Positions 27,285-35,402 of a stretch of DNA of 64,000 nucleotides are shown in pieces. Within the stretch, counting starts at the first letter, position 1; every line of letters starts with the position of its first letter. The DNA is from Streptomyces silvisoli. GTDB lineage: Bacteria; Actinomycetota; Actinomycetes; Streptomycetales; Streptomycetaceae. Location: assembly GCF_029269905.1 (NCBI RefSeq), contig NZ_JARJBC010000022.1, forward strand, positions 31,671 to 95,670, in the 5' to 3' direction. The notes below the pieces were generated by a model. That model was not told the origin of the DNA, made no database searches, and saw only the letters and a program-made list of their open reading frames with translations. The translations under genes and the position numbers were made by a program.

Positions 27285-28748
27285 ATGACAGCGAGTTCGG
27301 GGCCCGGCGAGGAGCTCGCATGGTTGGACGCTACGGCGCAGGCCGACCTGGTGCGCCGTAGCGTGCTGTCGCCGACGGAGCTCGTCGAGGCGGCGATCGA
27401 GCGGATCGAACTGCTCAACGACAAGCTCAACGCGGTGATCACGCCCCTGTTCGAGAAAGCGCTCGCCGAGGCCGGGGCAGCCAGGCTGCCCGACGGCCCG
27501 TTCCGCGGCGTGCCCATGCTGCTGAAGGACATACTGTGCCATTCCGCGGGCGACCCGACCTACGGCGGGATGCGCGCGTTGCGAGACCGGGACTGGCGGG
27601 CTCCGCAGGACTCCACTTTGGCGGCGCGGTTCCGATCGGCCGGATTCGTGTTCTGCGGCAAGACGAACCTTCCTGAACTGGCCACCAGCGTCACCACGGA
27701 ACCGCTCGCGCACGGGGCGACTCGAAATCCATGGGACCTCACCCGTTCCCCGGGCGGTTCGAGCGGTGGTTCGGCAGCGGCGGTCGCTGCGGGCATGGTC
27801 CCCGTGGCGCACGGCAACGACATGGCCGGCTCGATCCGGATGCCCGCGAGCGCCTGCGGAGTCGTCGGCCTCAAGCCCACCCGGGCCCGTACCACATTGG
27901 GGCCGCGGTACGGCGAGTACTGGGGAGCGGGGACACATGAACACGTGCTGACCCGCTCGGTCCGTGACACCGCCGCCGTGCTGGACGTGACGGCCGGCAT
28001 GGCGGTCGGTGACCCGTACACCGCCCCGCTTCCGTTGCGGCCCTACCGCGAGGAGGTCGGCGCCGATCCCGGCACCCTGCGGATCGGGTTCCGTTCGACG
28101 CCACCGGGCGCGACCACCCCAGCCCACGAGGACTGCGTGGCGGCCGTAGAGCACACTGCGCGGCTGCTCGACGCGCTTGGCCACCGCGTCGAGCCGACAC
28201 CGGCGGCTGCCCTGGATTCTCCCGCCCTGTTCGAGGCGCTGCCGACGTTGTTCTCGGCGATTCTCGCCTGGGAGCTCGAAGAATGGTCGGAACGCCTCGG
28301 TGAGCGGCTCGAACCCGCCGACCTGGAACCGATGAACGGGCTGCTCGCAGAGGCCGGCCGCTCGGTCACGGCCGCGCAGTGGCTCTCCGGTGTACAGGCG
28401 TGGCAGCAGTGGGCGCGCGGCGTGGCAGGCCTGTGGGAGACCGACGTCGACGTGCTGCTCACGCCAACGCTGCCCACGCCGCCGCTGCCGCTCGGGGAGC
28501 TCGCGCCGACGGCGAAGGATCCGATGGAGCTGGTGGCCGGGGTCACCAAAGGCATCGCCTTCACCCTTCCGTTCAACGTCACCGGTCAGCCCGCCGTCTC
28601 CCTGCCCCTGTACCGCAACGCCGACGGACTGCCGATCGGAGTGCAACTCGTCGCGGCCTACGGGCGGGAGGACGTGCTGATCCGGTTGGCATCCCAGCTC
28701 GAACAAGCCGCTCCGTGGTCGGGCGAGCGACCCCCGTTCTCCGCGTAG
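27285..28748 (+). CDS. Amidase (amidase-signature family)
   Basis: GGSSGGSAAAVAAGMVPVAHGNDMAGSIRMPASACGVVGLKPT is the AS-family Ser-cisSer-Lys region. SD aaagagg before ATG 27285. Confidence 0.85.
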   Translation: MTASSGPGEELAWLDATAQADLVRRSVLSPTELVEAAIERIELLNDKLNAVITPLFEKALAEAGAARLPDGPFRGVPMLLKDILCHSAGDPTYGGMRALRDRDWRAPQDSTLAARFRSAGFVFCGKTNLPELATSVTTEPLAHGATRNPWDLTRSPGGSSGGSAAAVAAGMVPVAHGNDMAGSIRMPASACGVVGLKPTRARTTLGPRYGEYWGAGTHEHVLTRSVRDTAAVLDVTAGMAVGDPYTAPLPLRPYREEVGADPGTLRIGFRSTPPGATTPAHEDCVAAVEHTARLLDALGHRVEPTPAAALDSPALFEALPTLFSAILAWELEEWSERLGERLEPADLEPMNGLLAEAGRSVTAAQWLSGVQAWQQWARGVAGLWETDVDVLLTPTLPTPPLPLGELAPTAKDPMELVAGVTKGIAFTLPFNVTGQPAVSLPLYRNADGLPIGVQLVAAYGREDVLIRLASQLEQAAPWSGERPPFSA

Positions 28749-28868
28749 GCGCGCGGGCCCTCGACATCAGCGGAGTGGAGACCGCGGCATGCGCCATACG
28801 CGAGGCGGCCGAAGCGGCTGCGGTGCGAGATGGTCTGCTCAATCGGACAGGACGACGGCACCGCGCGG

Positions 28869-29780
28869 TCAGCGGGGTTGGTTCAGCTCGGTGGAGATCT
28901 TCGCGAGCTGTTCGAGGCGGCGCTCAAGGCTGGGGTGGGTGGAGAAGAGGTTGAACAAGGTGGCTCCGTCGCCGAGGGCAGGGGTGAAGAAGAACGCGTT
29001 GAACGGCTGCGCGGTGCGCAGATCCTCCGACGGGATGCGGGCGATGTCGCCGCTGACCTTGGTCAGCGCAGAGGCAAGTGCCGAGGGGCGTGCGGTGAGC
29101 ATCGCCGCTGCGCGGTCGGCGGCAAGCTCCCGGTACCGGGACAGGGCTCTGATCAGCAGGAAACTGATCGTGTACACGACGGCGGAGACGGCCATGATCA
29201 GGGCGAGCAGGAGCGCGGTGTTCTGGTCGTTGCGGCGCCCGCCGAACAGTTCCGAGTAGAAGGCGAACCGCACCAGCAGTCCGGCCAGGACGCCGAGGAA
29301 CGAGGCAATCGTGATCACCGCCACGTCGCGGTGGGCGACGTGGGAGAGCTCGTGGGCGATCACGCCTTCCAGTTCCTCGGTCTCCAGGCGTCGCAGCAGG
29401 CCGGTAGTGACGCACAGCACCGCGTGGTCGGGGTTGCGGCCGGTGGCGAACGCGTTGGGCATGCCCATCTGCGAAATGGCCACCCGTGGTTTGGGCATGT
29501 CGGCGGTGGCGCACAGGCGGTCGACGACGCCGTGCAGGTGGGGCTGCTCCCGTGCGCTGACCTCGTGGGCGTGCATGGCGAACAGGGCGATCTTGTCCGA
29601 GTACCAGTACTGAGCGGCCAGCAGTCCGGCTGCGACGACCACCACCAGGATCCAGGACTTCAGCAAGGCGACCAGCGCCGCGATGAAGGCAACGTAGAGC
29701 AGGCCGAGCAGGAACATGGTGATCACCATGCGTACGCTCAGCTGCCGGTCGGGGCGGAAGCGGCTGCGCATCGCGCTCAT
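28869..29780 (-). CDS. htpX: Zinc metalloprotease HtpX (M48 family)
   Basis: IAHELSHVAHRD (HExxH), two N-terminal TMs, ...THPSLERRLEQL C-terminal motif. ATGA overlap with pspAA stop. Confidence 0.85.
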   Translation of the reverse strand: MSAMRSRFRPDRQLSVRMVITMFLLGLLYVAFIAALVALLKSWILVVVVAAGLLAAQYWYSDKIALFAMHAHEVSAREQPHLHGVVDRLCATADMPKPRVAISQMGMPNAFATGRNPDHAVLCVTTGLLRRLETEELEGVIAHELSHVAHRDVAVITIASFLGVLAGLLVRFAFYSELFGGRRNDQNTALLLALIMAVSAVVYTISFLLIRALSRYRELAADRAAAMLTARPSALASALTKVSGDIARIPSEDLRTAQPFNAFFFTPALGDGATLFNLFSTHPSLERRLEQLAKISTELNQPR

Positions 29781-30055
29781 CTGGGACTCAGTCCCCTGTC
29801 GGCCAGCCCGGCCAGCACCCGCGAGTGGCCGGTGGCCTCGTCGGGCAGTGCCAGGTCAGACGGCGTGCGCGTGTCATTCGGCAGCGACACGCCCAGGTTG
29901 CGTGCCGCGTTCAGCAGCGCGCGCAACGCGTTGGCGAACTCGAGTTCGTCGCCGGACTCGGCGGCCGACCGCACGCCGGATTCCAGTTCGTCGGGCTTCT
30001 CCAGGTGTGTTCCGGCGATCTCGCATTGACCTTCGCCGAGGATCCGCACGATCAC
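29777..30055 (-). CDS. PspA-associated protein PspAA
   Basis: MIVRILGEGQCEIAGTHLEKPDELESGVRSAAESGDELEFANALRALLNAARNLG is the conserved PspAA fold (MIVRILGEGQ... start). ATGA overlap with pspA stop. Confidence 0.7.
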   Translation of the reverse strand: MIVRILGEGQCEIAGTHLEKPDELESGVRSAAESGDELEFANALRALLNAARNLGVSLPNDTRTPSDLALPDEATGHSRVLAGLADRGLSPR

Positions 30056-30837
30056 GATGTCGCCTCCCGGCTCGATTCCTCAGGGCCCGACGGCTTCTCG
30101 CCGACACTGCCCAGGGCAGGCGGGGCGGAGGCCGCTGGGAGCTCTGCCTTCAACCGGGCGAGTTCCGCGTCGACATCGTGACCCGCGGTGGCCGCTTCGA
30201 GTTCGGCCTGGATGTCGTCGCGGCCCGCCGGGACAGTGGCGTCCTCCAACGCGCCGGAGGCGAGCAGCTCGTCGAGGGCTCCGGCGCGGGCTTGCAACTG
30301 CTCGGTCTTGTCCTGGGCCCGACGCATCGCTATGCCGATGTCGCCCATCTCCTCTGAGATGCCGGTAACGGCCTCGCCGATGCGAGTCTCGGCCTCGGCT
30401 GCGGTATAGCTGGCTTTGATGGTCTCCTTGCGGGTACGGAAAGCGTCTACCTTCGTCTGCAACCGCTGGGATGCCAGGGTGAGCTTCTCCTCCTCCGCCT
30501 GGAGTGAGGCCTCCTGCCCCTGCAGGTCTTCGACCTGCGTGGCGAGGGCAGCACGCCGCGTGAGGGCCTCGCGAGCGAGATCCTCCCGGCCGACGGCCAG
30601 CGCCTGCTGCGCCTGGCCCCAGAGCTTCTCGTCGGACTGCCGCAACTGGGTCATCTGCAGTTCGACGCGCTTGCGGCTGGTCGCCACGTCCGCCACCCCG
30701 CGTCGCACGTTCTGCAGCAGCTCCAGCTGCTTCTCGTAGGAGTAGTCCAGCATCTCTCTGGGATCTTCGGCCCGGTCCAGGAGCTTGTTGGCCTTGGTCC
30801 GGAACAACGCGGTGATGCGACGCGCGATGCTGCTCAT
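30052..30837 (-). CDS. pspA: PspA/IM30 (phage-shock protein A) family protein
   Basis: MSSIARRITALFRTKANKLLDRAEDPREMLDYSYEKQLELLQNVRRGVADVATSRKRVELQ... is the canonical PspA coiled-coil N-terminus. SD ggagaggaagtga before ATG 30837 (Met155 of ORF 30052..31299). Confidence 0.85.
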   Translation of the reverse strand: MSSIARRITALFRTKANKLLDRAEDPREMLDYSYEKQLELLQNVRRGVADVATSRKRVELQMTQLRQSDEKLWGQAQQALAVGREDLAREALTRRAALATQVEDLQGQEASLQAEEEKLTLASQRLQTKVDAFRTRKETIKASYTAAEAETRIGEAVTGISEEMGDIGIAMRRAQDKTEQLQARAGALDELLASGALEDATVPAGRDDIQAELEAATAGHDVDAELARLKAELPAASAPPALGSVGEKPSGPEESSREATS

Positions 30838-31031
30838 GCTCGTCACTTCCTCTCCTGTCTCCACTGTCCTACCTGCCGGGCTCTGACGCGCTGCGCCGTT
30901 CGTCCCTCGGGGACCGGTCACAGACGCGGCGCGCTCGGCGGACGGTCCGGCGACACTCAAAGTTATTGAGCATTCAACGAGTGGCGGTGGAGCTGTGGAA
31001 CTGTCCAGGACGTCTCGCATAACGGGGACCA

Positions 31032-31072
31032 GGCGGCAGCCGCCTGCGAGACGTATCCGGGGCGGCGACTGA
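31032..31072. promoter_or_regulatory. Nested palindrome in the pspA / nfeD-floT divergent intergenic region (outer gtctcgca/tgcgagac, inner CAGGCGGC-a-GCCGCCTG)
   Basis: Seen directly: cGTCTCGCAtaacggggacCAGGCGGCaGCCGCCTGCGAGACg. Confidence 0.3.
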
Positions 31073-31143
31073 GCGCGCGGAGTGTCGTGGTTCTGACCGG
31101 GCAGGCCGAAGGTCCGTCGGGTCAGAGGCGGGATGATGAATGT

Positions 31144-31362
31144 ATGGAGCCACTGGAGGAGGCAGACGAAAGTCCGATCGGAGCCATCGGGCGGGTGACC
31201 GTTTCCATCCCACCGGACGGGCCGGGCGAAGTGCTGGTCGCGGTGCGCGGCGGGAGCGAGGCGTTCGCGGCCTGGTCCGAGAAGCCGATCGGCAAGCACA
31301 CCCTCGTGATCGTCGTGGACCGTACGTCGGCCCGCTCGGTGATTGTCGCGCCCTTCCCGTAG
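31144..31362 (+). CDS. NfeD-like small protein (OB-fold partner of SPFH/flotillin)
   Basis: MEPLEEADESPIGAIGRVTVSIPPDGPGEVLVAVRGGSEAFAAWSEKPIGKHTLVIVVDRTSARSVIVAPFP: a short NfeD C-domain, 44 bp upstream of flotillin. A paralogue of this domain is fused to SPFH at 48739. Confidence 0.55.
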   Translation: MEPLEEADESPIGAIGRVTVSIPPDGPGEVLVAVRGGSEAFAAWSEKPIGKHTLVIVVDRTSARSVIVAPFP

Positions 31363-31405
31363 CTGCCAACCGACTCACCTCCCTCGACACGACAGGAGGC
31401 CTCAT

Positions 31406-32596
31406 ATGTTGTTCTGGCACGTTCCCGCACCCAACGAGGCCATGCTCATCTCCGGGTCCAAGCGCCAGGCGCAGGAGACGCAGTTCCGGATCGTCACCGG
31501 ACACGGCAGCTTCGTCCTTCCCATCAAGCAGAAGGCCCGCATGTTGTCTCTCGCGCTTCGGGAGGCGGAGATCGTAGAGGAGTGCGTCACACAGCAGGGT
31601 ATCCGGCTGAATGTGCGCGCCGTCGCGGTGTTCAAGGTGGGCGACGACTCGACGTCCATCGCCAACGCAGCCCGTCGCTTCCTCACAGAACAGGACCGTA
31701 TGGAGGAACTCTCCGGTCGTATCTTCGCAGGTCATCTGCGCTCGATAGTTGGCGGTTTGACGGTCGAGCAGATCATCCGGGAGCGGGACAGGGTAGCGCA
31801 GGAGGTCAAGGAGGCCAGTCACACCGAGATGGAAAAGCTGGGCATCGTCGTCGACGCCCTGCAGATCCAGGAGATCGCGGACGCAACGGGATACATCAAC
31901 AACCTGGCGGCCCCGCATGCGGCAGCCGTCGCCAGCCAGGCCCGGATCGCGCAGGCGAAGGCCGACCAGGAGGCTGCCGAGCGCGAACAGCAGGCAGCCG
32001 CTCTCAAAGCCGAGTACGAACGCGACACGGCGATCAAGCGGGCGGGATTCCTGGCCGAGACCGAGCAGTCCAACGCCCGTGCTGCGCAGGCCGGTCCCTT
32101 GGCCGAAGCCAAGGCCTCCCAAGAAGTCATCGAAGAACAAACCTCCTTGGCGCAGCGTCAGGCTGCCCTGGCGGCACAGCGGTTGGAAGCAGAGGTACGC
32201 CGCCCCGCGGACGCGGAAGCGTACCGGCAGCGCACCCTGGCCGAGGCCCAACGTGACCAGGCGAAGTTCGAGGCGGATGGTCGGGCCTATACCGAGCGGA
32301 CCGTCGCGCAGGCTCAAGCCGACGCCAACAGCGCCCGGGCGGCGTCGCTCAGGGACGGCAACCAGGAACTCATCGCCGCGAACCGCGTAGTGGAAAATCT
32401 GCCGGCACTCACCGAGGCCGCCGCCCAGGGCATCGCCGGGGCACGCCTGACTGTCCTCAACGGCACCGAGGGGGTCAACGAGGTCGCATCGGGAATCGTC
32501 GCACAGGGTTTGGCGATCCTGGAGGCGCTGCGGAACTCGACCCCAGCACCAAGCATGAACGGAGAGGCCCCCGCCCCGGCCCCCGAGAAGTCCTGA
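31406..32596 (+). CDS. Flotillin-like SPFH (band-7) protein
   Basis: SPFH domain LSLALREAEIVEECVTQQGIRLNVRAVAVFKV...RIFAGHLRSIVGGLTVEQIIRERDRVAQEV, then an Ala/Gln/Glu-rich coiled-coil. SD aggagg before ATG 31406. Confidence 0.85.
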   Translation: MLFWHVPAPNEAMLISGSKRQAQETQFRIVTGHGSFVLPIKQKARMLSLALREAEIVEECVTQQGIRLNVRAVAVFKVGDDSTSIANAARRFLTEQDRMEELSGRIFAGHLRSIVGGLTVEQIIRERDRVAQEVKEASHTEMEKLGIVVDALQIQEIADATGYINNLAAPHAAAVASQARIAQAKADQEAAEREQQAAALKAEYERDTAIKRAGFLAETEQSNARAAQAGPLAEAKASQEVIEEQTSLAQRQAALAAQRLEAEVRRPADAEAYRQRTLAEAQRDQAKFEADGRAYTERTVAQAQADANSARAASLRDGNQELIAANRVVENLPALTEAAAQGIAGARLTVLNGTEGVNEVASGIVAQGLAILEALRNSTPAPSMNGEAPAPAPEKS

Positions 32597-32726
32597 AGAA
32601 CTCCAGTGAGCAACTCACCTGCGGGGTTGTGGAGTTCCAGAGTTGGCTTGCCTGCCCGTGTCCACAGCCGCCCCTCCCCAGTGGCCGCTCGCCGAAGCCA
32701 TCGCGTTGTGTGAGCGGGACTGGCCG

Positions 32727-34313
32727 TCAGCCGCGGGCGCGGAGGCTGGCTTCTTCGAGATCGAGTTCGCGCTGGATCCGCCGCCGGGTCGCGTAGCTGA
32801 TCTTGTTCGCTTCGTAGAGGCGCTGAAGCTCGGCCGCCTCGATGGCGATGAGTGTCCGGCGTATCTCGCGGTAGGCGTCGGCAGGGCGGGCGTCCGGGTC
32901 GCTGTAGTGGGCATCTTCGGTCTGGTGGATACGCGCTTCCAGTTGGCGACGGACCTGTTTCAGTGCGGCCTCGGCGGCGGCACCCAGATCGGCGAGCTGA
33001 TCCAGATCGCCAAGCTGTTTGAGCTCTTCGAGAGCGGCGTGGGCAATGCGCCGGCGGGTGCGTGCCTCTTCGCGGGCGGTGTGCTCTGGTTCCAGGGCGA
33101 TGCCGGAGCGGCGGACGACAGGGGCGAGGGTGAAACCCTGGAAGACCAGAGTGAGCGCGATGGTCCCGGTGGTGAGCGTGAGGATGAGCGCCCGGTGCGG
33201 CAGCGGCGCCCCAGTGTGGGTGGTCAGGGGGATGGAGAGCGCGGCGGCCAGCGGCATGACGCCTCGGGTGCCTGCCCAGGACAAGACGGCCGGAACGCGC
33301 CAGGAGAGGCGACTGTCGCCCTCCCTGTGCCGGTGGTGGATAAGGGCGGACAGCGGGAAGACCCACAGCAGGCGGATCGCCAGCACGGTGAGTGCGATCA
33401 CCGGTACCCACAGCGGCCAGCCGTGCTCGTCATGCGCGAGCTGACGGACAGCGGAGGGGAGCTCAAGGCCGATGAGGGCGAAGACGACGCTCTCCAGCAG
33501 GAAAGTCACAGTCTCGTAGACGGCGTGGATCTGGAGGCGGATGGGCGCGCTGCTCAGCTTGTGGCCGGTGCTGCTGAGGGCAACCCCGGAGACGATGACG
33601 GCGGTCACGCCGGAGGTGTGCGACTGCTCCGCGATGACGTACGAGGCATACGGGGTGACCAGGGCGATGACGGTCTCCAGTATGGGGTCCTCGGTCCGTC
33701 TGCGGATGAGGGTCACCACTGCGGCGACCGCCGCGCCGATGAGGGCTCCTCCGCCTGCGAGGATCAAGAACTGCTCGACGGTCCCGCGCACGGTGATGGC
33801 GCTGCTGGAAACCGCAGTGGCCACAGCGACCTTGTACAGGACCAGGGACGTGGCATCGTTGAACAGGCTTTCCGCCTGCACCATGGCCTGAACGCGCGGT
33901 GGCAGAGCCAGGCGCCGACCGAGCGCGGTAACGGCCACGGGGTCGGTGCTGGCCAGGACGGAGCCGAGGATGAACGCGGTCGCGGCGGTGAGCGGGGTGA
34001 GCGCTCGGGCGACGTACCCGACGGCGATGGCTGAGGCTAGGACCAGCCCGAAGACCAGTCCGGTCACAGGCCTCCACACGGTACGCAGGTCACGGACGGA
34101 GATCTCCCCGGCCGAAGCGAACAGCAGTGGCGGCAGCACCAGCACGTTGATCACGTGAGGCGGCAGACGAACCTCGGGAACCCAGGGCATCAGCCCAACC
34201 ACCAGACCGGCAATCACCAGGAGCGAGGGGGCGGGCAGGCTCCAGCGCCGGGCACCGGTCGCCACCGCTGTGGCCAGGACCACGAGCAGCAGGATGACGG
34301 TCAGACCGGTCAT
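32727..34313 (-). CDS. Na+/H+ antiporter (CPA1/NhaP family)
   Basis: Twelve hydrophobic segments; AESLFNDATSLVLY, GTRGVMPLAAAL and VLASTDPVAV are typical CPA1. Start at Met20 (34313). Confidence 0.8.
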   Translation of the reverse strand: MTGLTVILLLVVLATAVATGARRWSLPAPSLLVIAGLVVGLMPWVPEVRLPPHVINVLVLPPLLFASAGEISVRDLRTVWRPVTGLVFGLVLASAIAVGYVARALTPLTAATAFILGSVLASTDPVAVTALGRRLALPPRVQAMVQAESLFNDATSLVLYKVAVATAVSSSAITVRGTVEQFLILAGGGALIGAAVAAVVTLIRRRTEDPILETVIALVTPYASYVIAEQSHTSGVTAVIVSGVALSSTGHKLSSAPIRLQIHAVYETVTFLLESVVFALIGLELPSAVRQLAHDEHGWPLWVPVIALTVLAIRLLWVFPLSALIHHRHREGDSRLSWRVPAVLSWAGTRGVMPLAAALSIPLTTHTGAPLPHRALILTLTTGTIALTLVFQGFTLAPVVRRSGIALEPEHTAREEARTRRRIAHAALEELKQLGDLDQLADLGAAAEAALKQVRRQLEARIHQTEDAHYSDPDARPADAYREIRRTLIAIEAAELQRLYEANKISYATRRRIQRELDLEEASLRARG

Positions 34314-34786
34314 GGAGCGTCCCCGGTAGGTTGCGGCTTGTTGCCCCCCTCTGACCAGGTGCTTTATCAACGTAACCGACCTCGGGCGGTGATGCAGCCG
34401 GCATGAAGCCGCGAGCGCCCAGCGCGCGGCAGGCGGGTACCGAGAGGCCTCGCCACGGACCAGGCGGTCACGCGGGTGGTCGCCCTGGCGACGCCGCCGC
34501 CCGGGCGGCGCGTCTTCGGGTATGTCGACCGGCTCAGCGCCTGCTCAGCGCGTTCGCGAAGTAGCGCGGCTCGTAGTGGGTGCATCCGATCTGTACCGGA
34601 AGCCACGCCCCGCCCTGAGAGGCCCCGCAGACCGATCCCCCGGTGCTCCCCTCCAGGACCTCCGCGCGCGGCTGCGCGCGGCCGGAACCCACGAGGCCCC
34701 ACAACGCTCCCAGCCATGAGTTACGCACTGCCGAGCTGCCTTTGCTCATTCACACGTTGATGCTCGCCATTCGCTTCCCTCTTTCT

Positions 34787-35398
34787 TCAGAAGGCGACGT
34801 CGATGTAGTCGATGTCGGTGAACTCCACTTCGAGGTCCACAGCGCGGCGTCCTTCGTCTTTGAAGTAGATCTCTTGGAGCCCCTCGGCGACGATGCCGCG
34901 CATCTGCTGGTCGGTGGCGCCTTGTTCGCGGGCGTCGAAGAGGCGTCGTGCGTACGGCGCGGGCAGATGTACGGTGAGGCGGCGCATGCGGCCGTCGTCG
35001 GTGGTGCCGATGGGTGCGGTGTAGCCGAAGCGGGCGCGGGTCTCGATGGTGATGCCGGCGGTGCTGGCGGCCTTGTTGCGGGCTTGCGCTCGGACGCGGG
35101 GCTGCCACATGGCGAGGACCTGGGCCCGCAGTCGGGTGGCGTGGTCTTTGGTGGCGTGTTTGATTTTCTTGTCGCGGTAGCGCTCTACCGTGCGCTGGCT
35201 GACGCCGATCTGTACGGCGACGCGACGGGCGAGTTCCGCCCTGCTGGCAGGCTTCAGGTCGGTGCCCCGGATCGCCTTGCGGTCGGCTGCCTCTGCCTGT
35301 TCCAGCAGGTACTTGACCTGGCCGTATGTCGTGGCCGGGATGGAGCGGGTGAACGTCTCCCGCTCGGCGCGCTCCAGGGCTCTGTGGATCTCGGTCAC
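34787..35398 (-). CDS. tpg: Telomere terminal protein Tpg-like (about 200 aa, HTH)
   Basis: ALERAERETFTRSIPAT...ELARRVAVQIGVSQRTVERYRDKKIK (HTH), ...ETRARFGYTAPIGTTDDGRMRRLTVHLPAPYARRLFDAREQGATDQQMRGIV. Size, HTH and position immediately 3' of a roughly 710-aa HTH protein match the tap-tpg operon layout of linear Streptomyces replicons. Called from memory of the family, not by alignment. Confidence 0.5.
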   Translation of the reverse strand: MTEIHRALERAERETFTRSIPATTYGQVKYLLEQAEAADRKAIRGTDLKPASRAELARRVAVQIGVSQRTVERYRDKKIKHATKDHATRLRAQVLAMWQPRVRAQARNKAASTAGITIETRARFGYTAPIGTTDDGRMRRLTVHLPAPYARRLFDAREQGATDQQMRGIVAEGLQEIYFKDEGRRAVDLEVEFTDIDYIDVAF

Positions 35399-35402
35399 GG
35401 TC

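Noticed and set aside
27261-28706. 481-aa minus ORF
   Set aside because: Antisense to the amidase with its diagnostic GGSSGGS signature.
32643-34034. 463-aa plus ORF
   Set aside because: Antisense to the 12-TM Na+/H+ antiporter.
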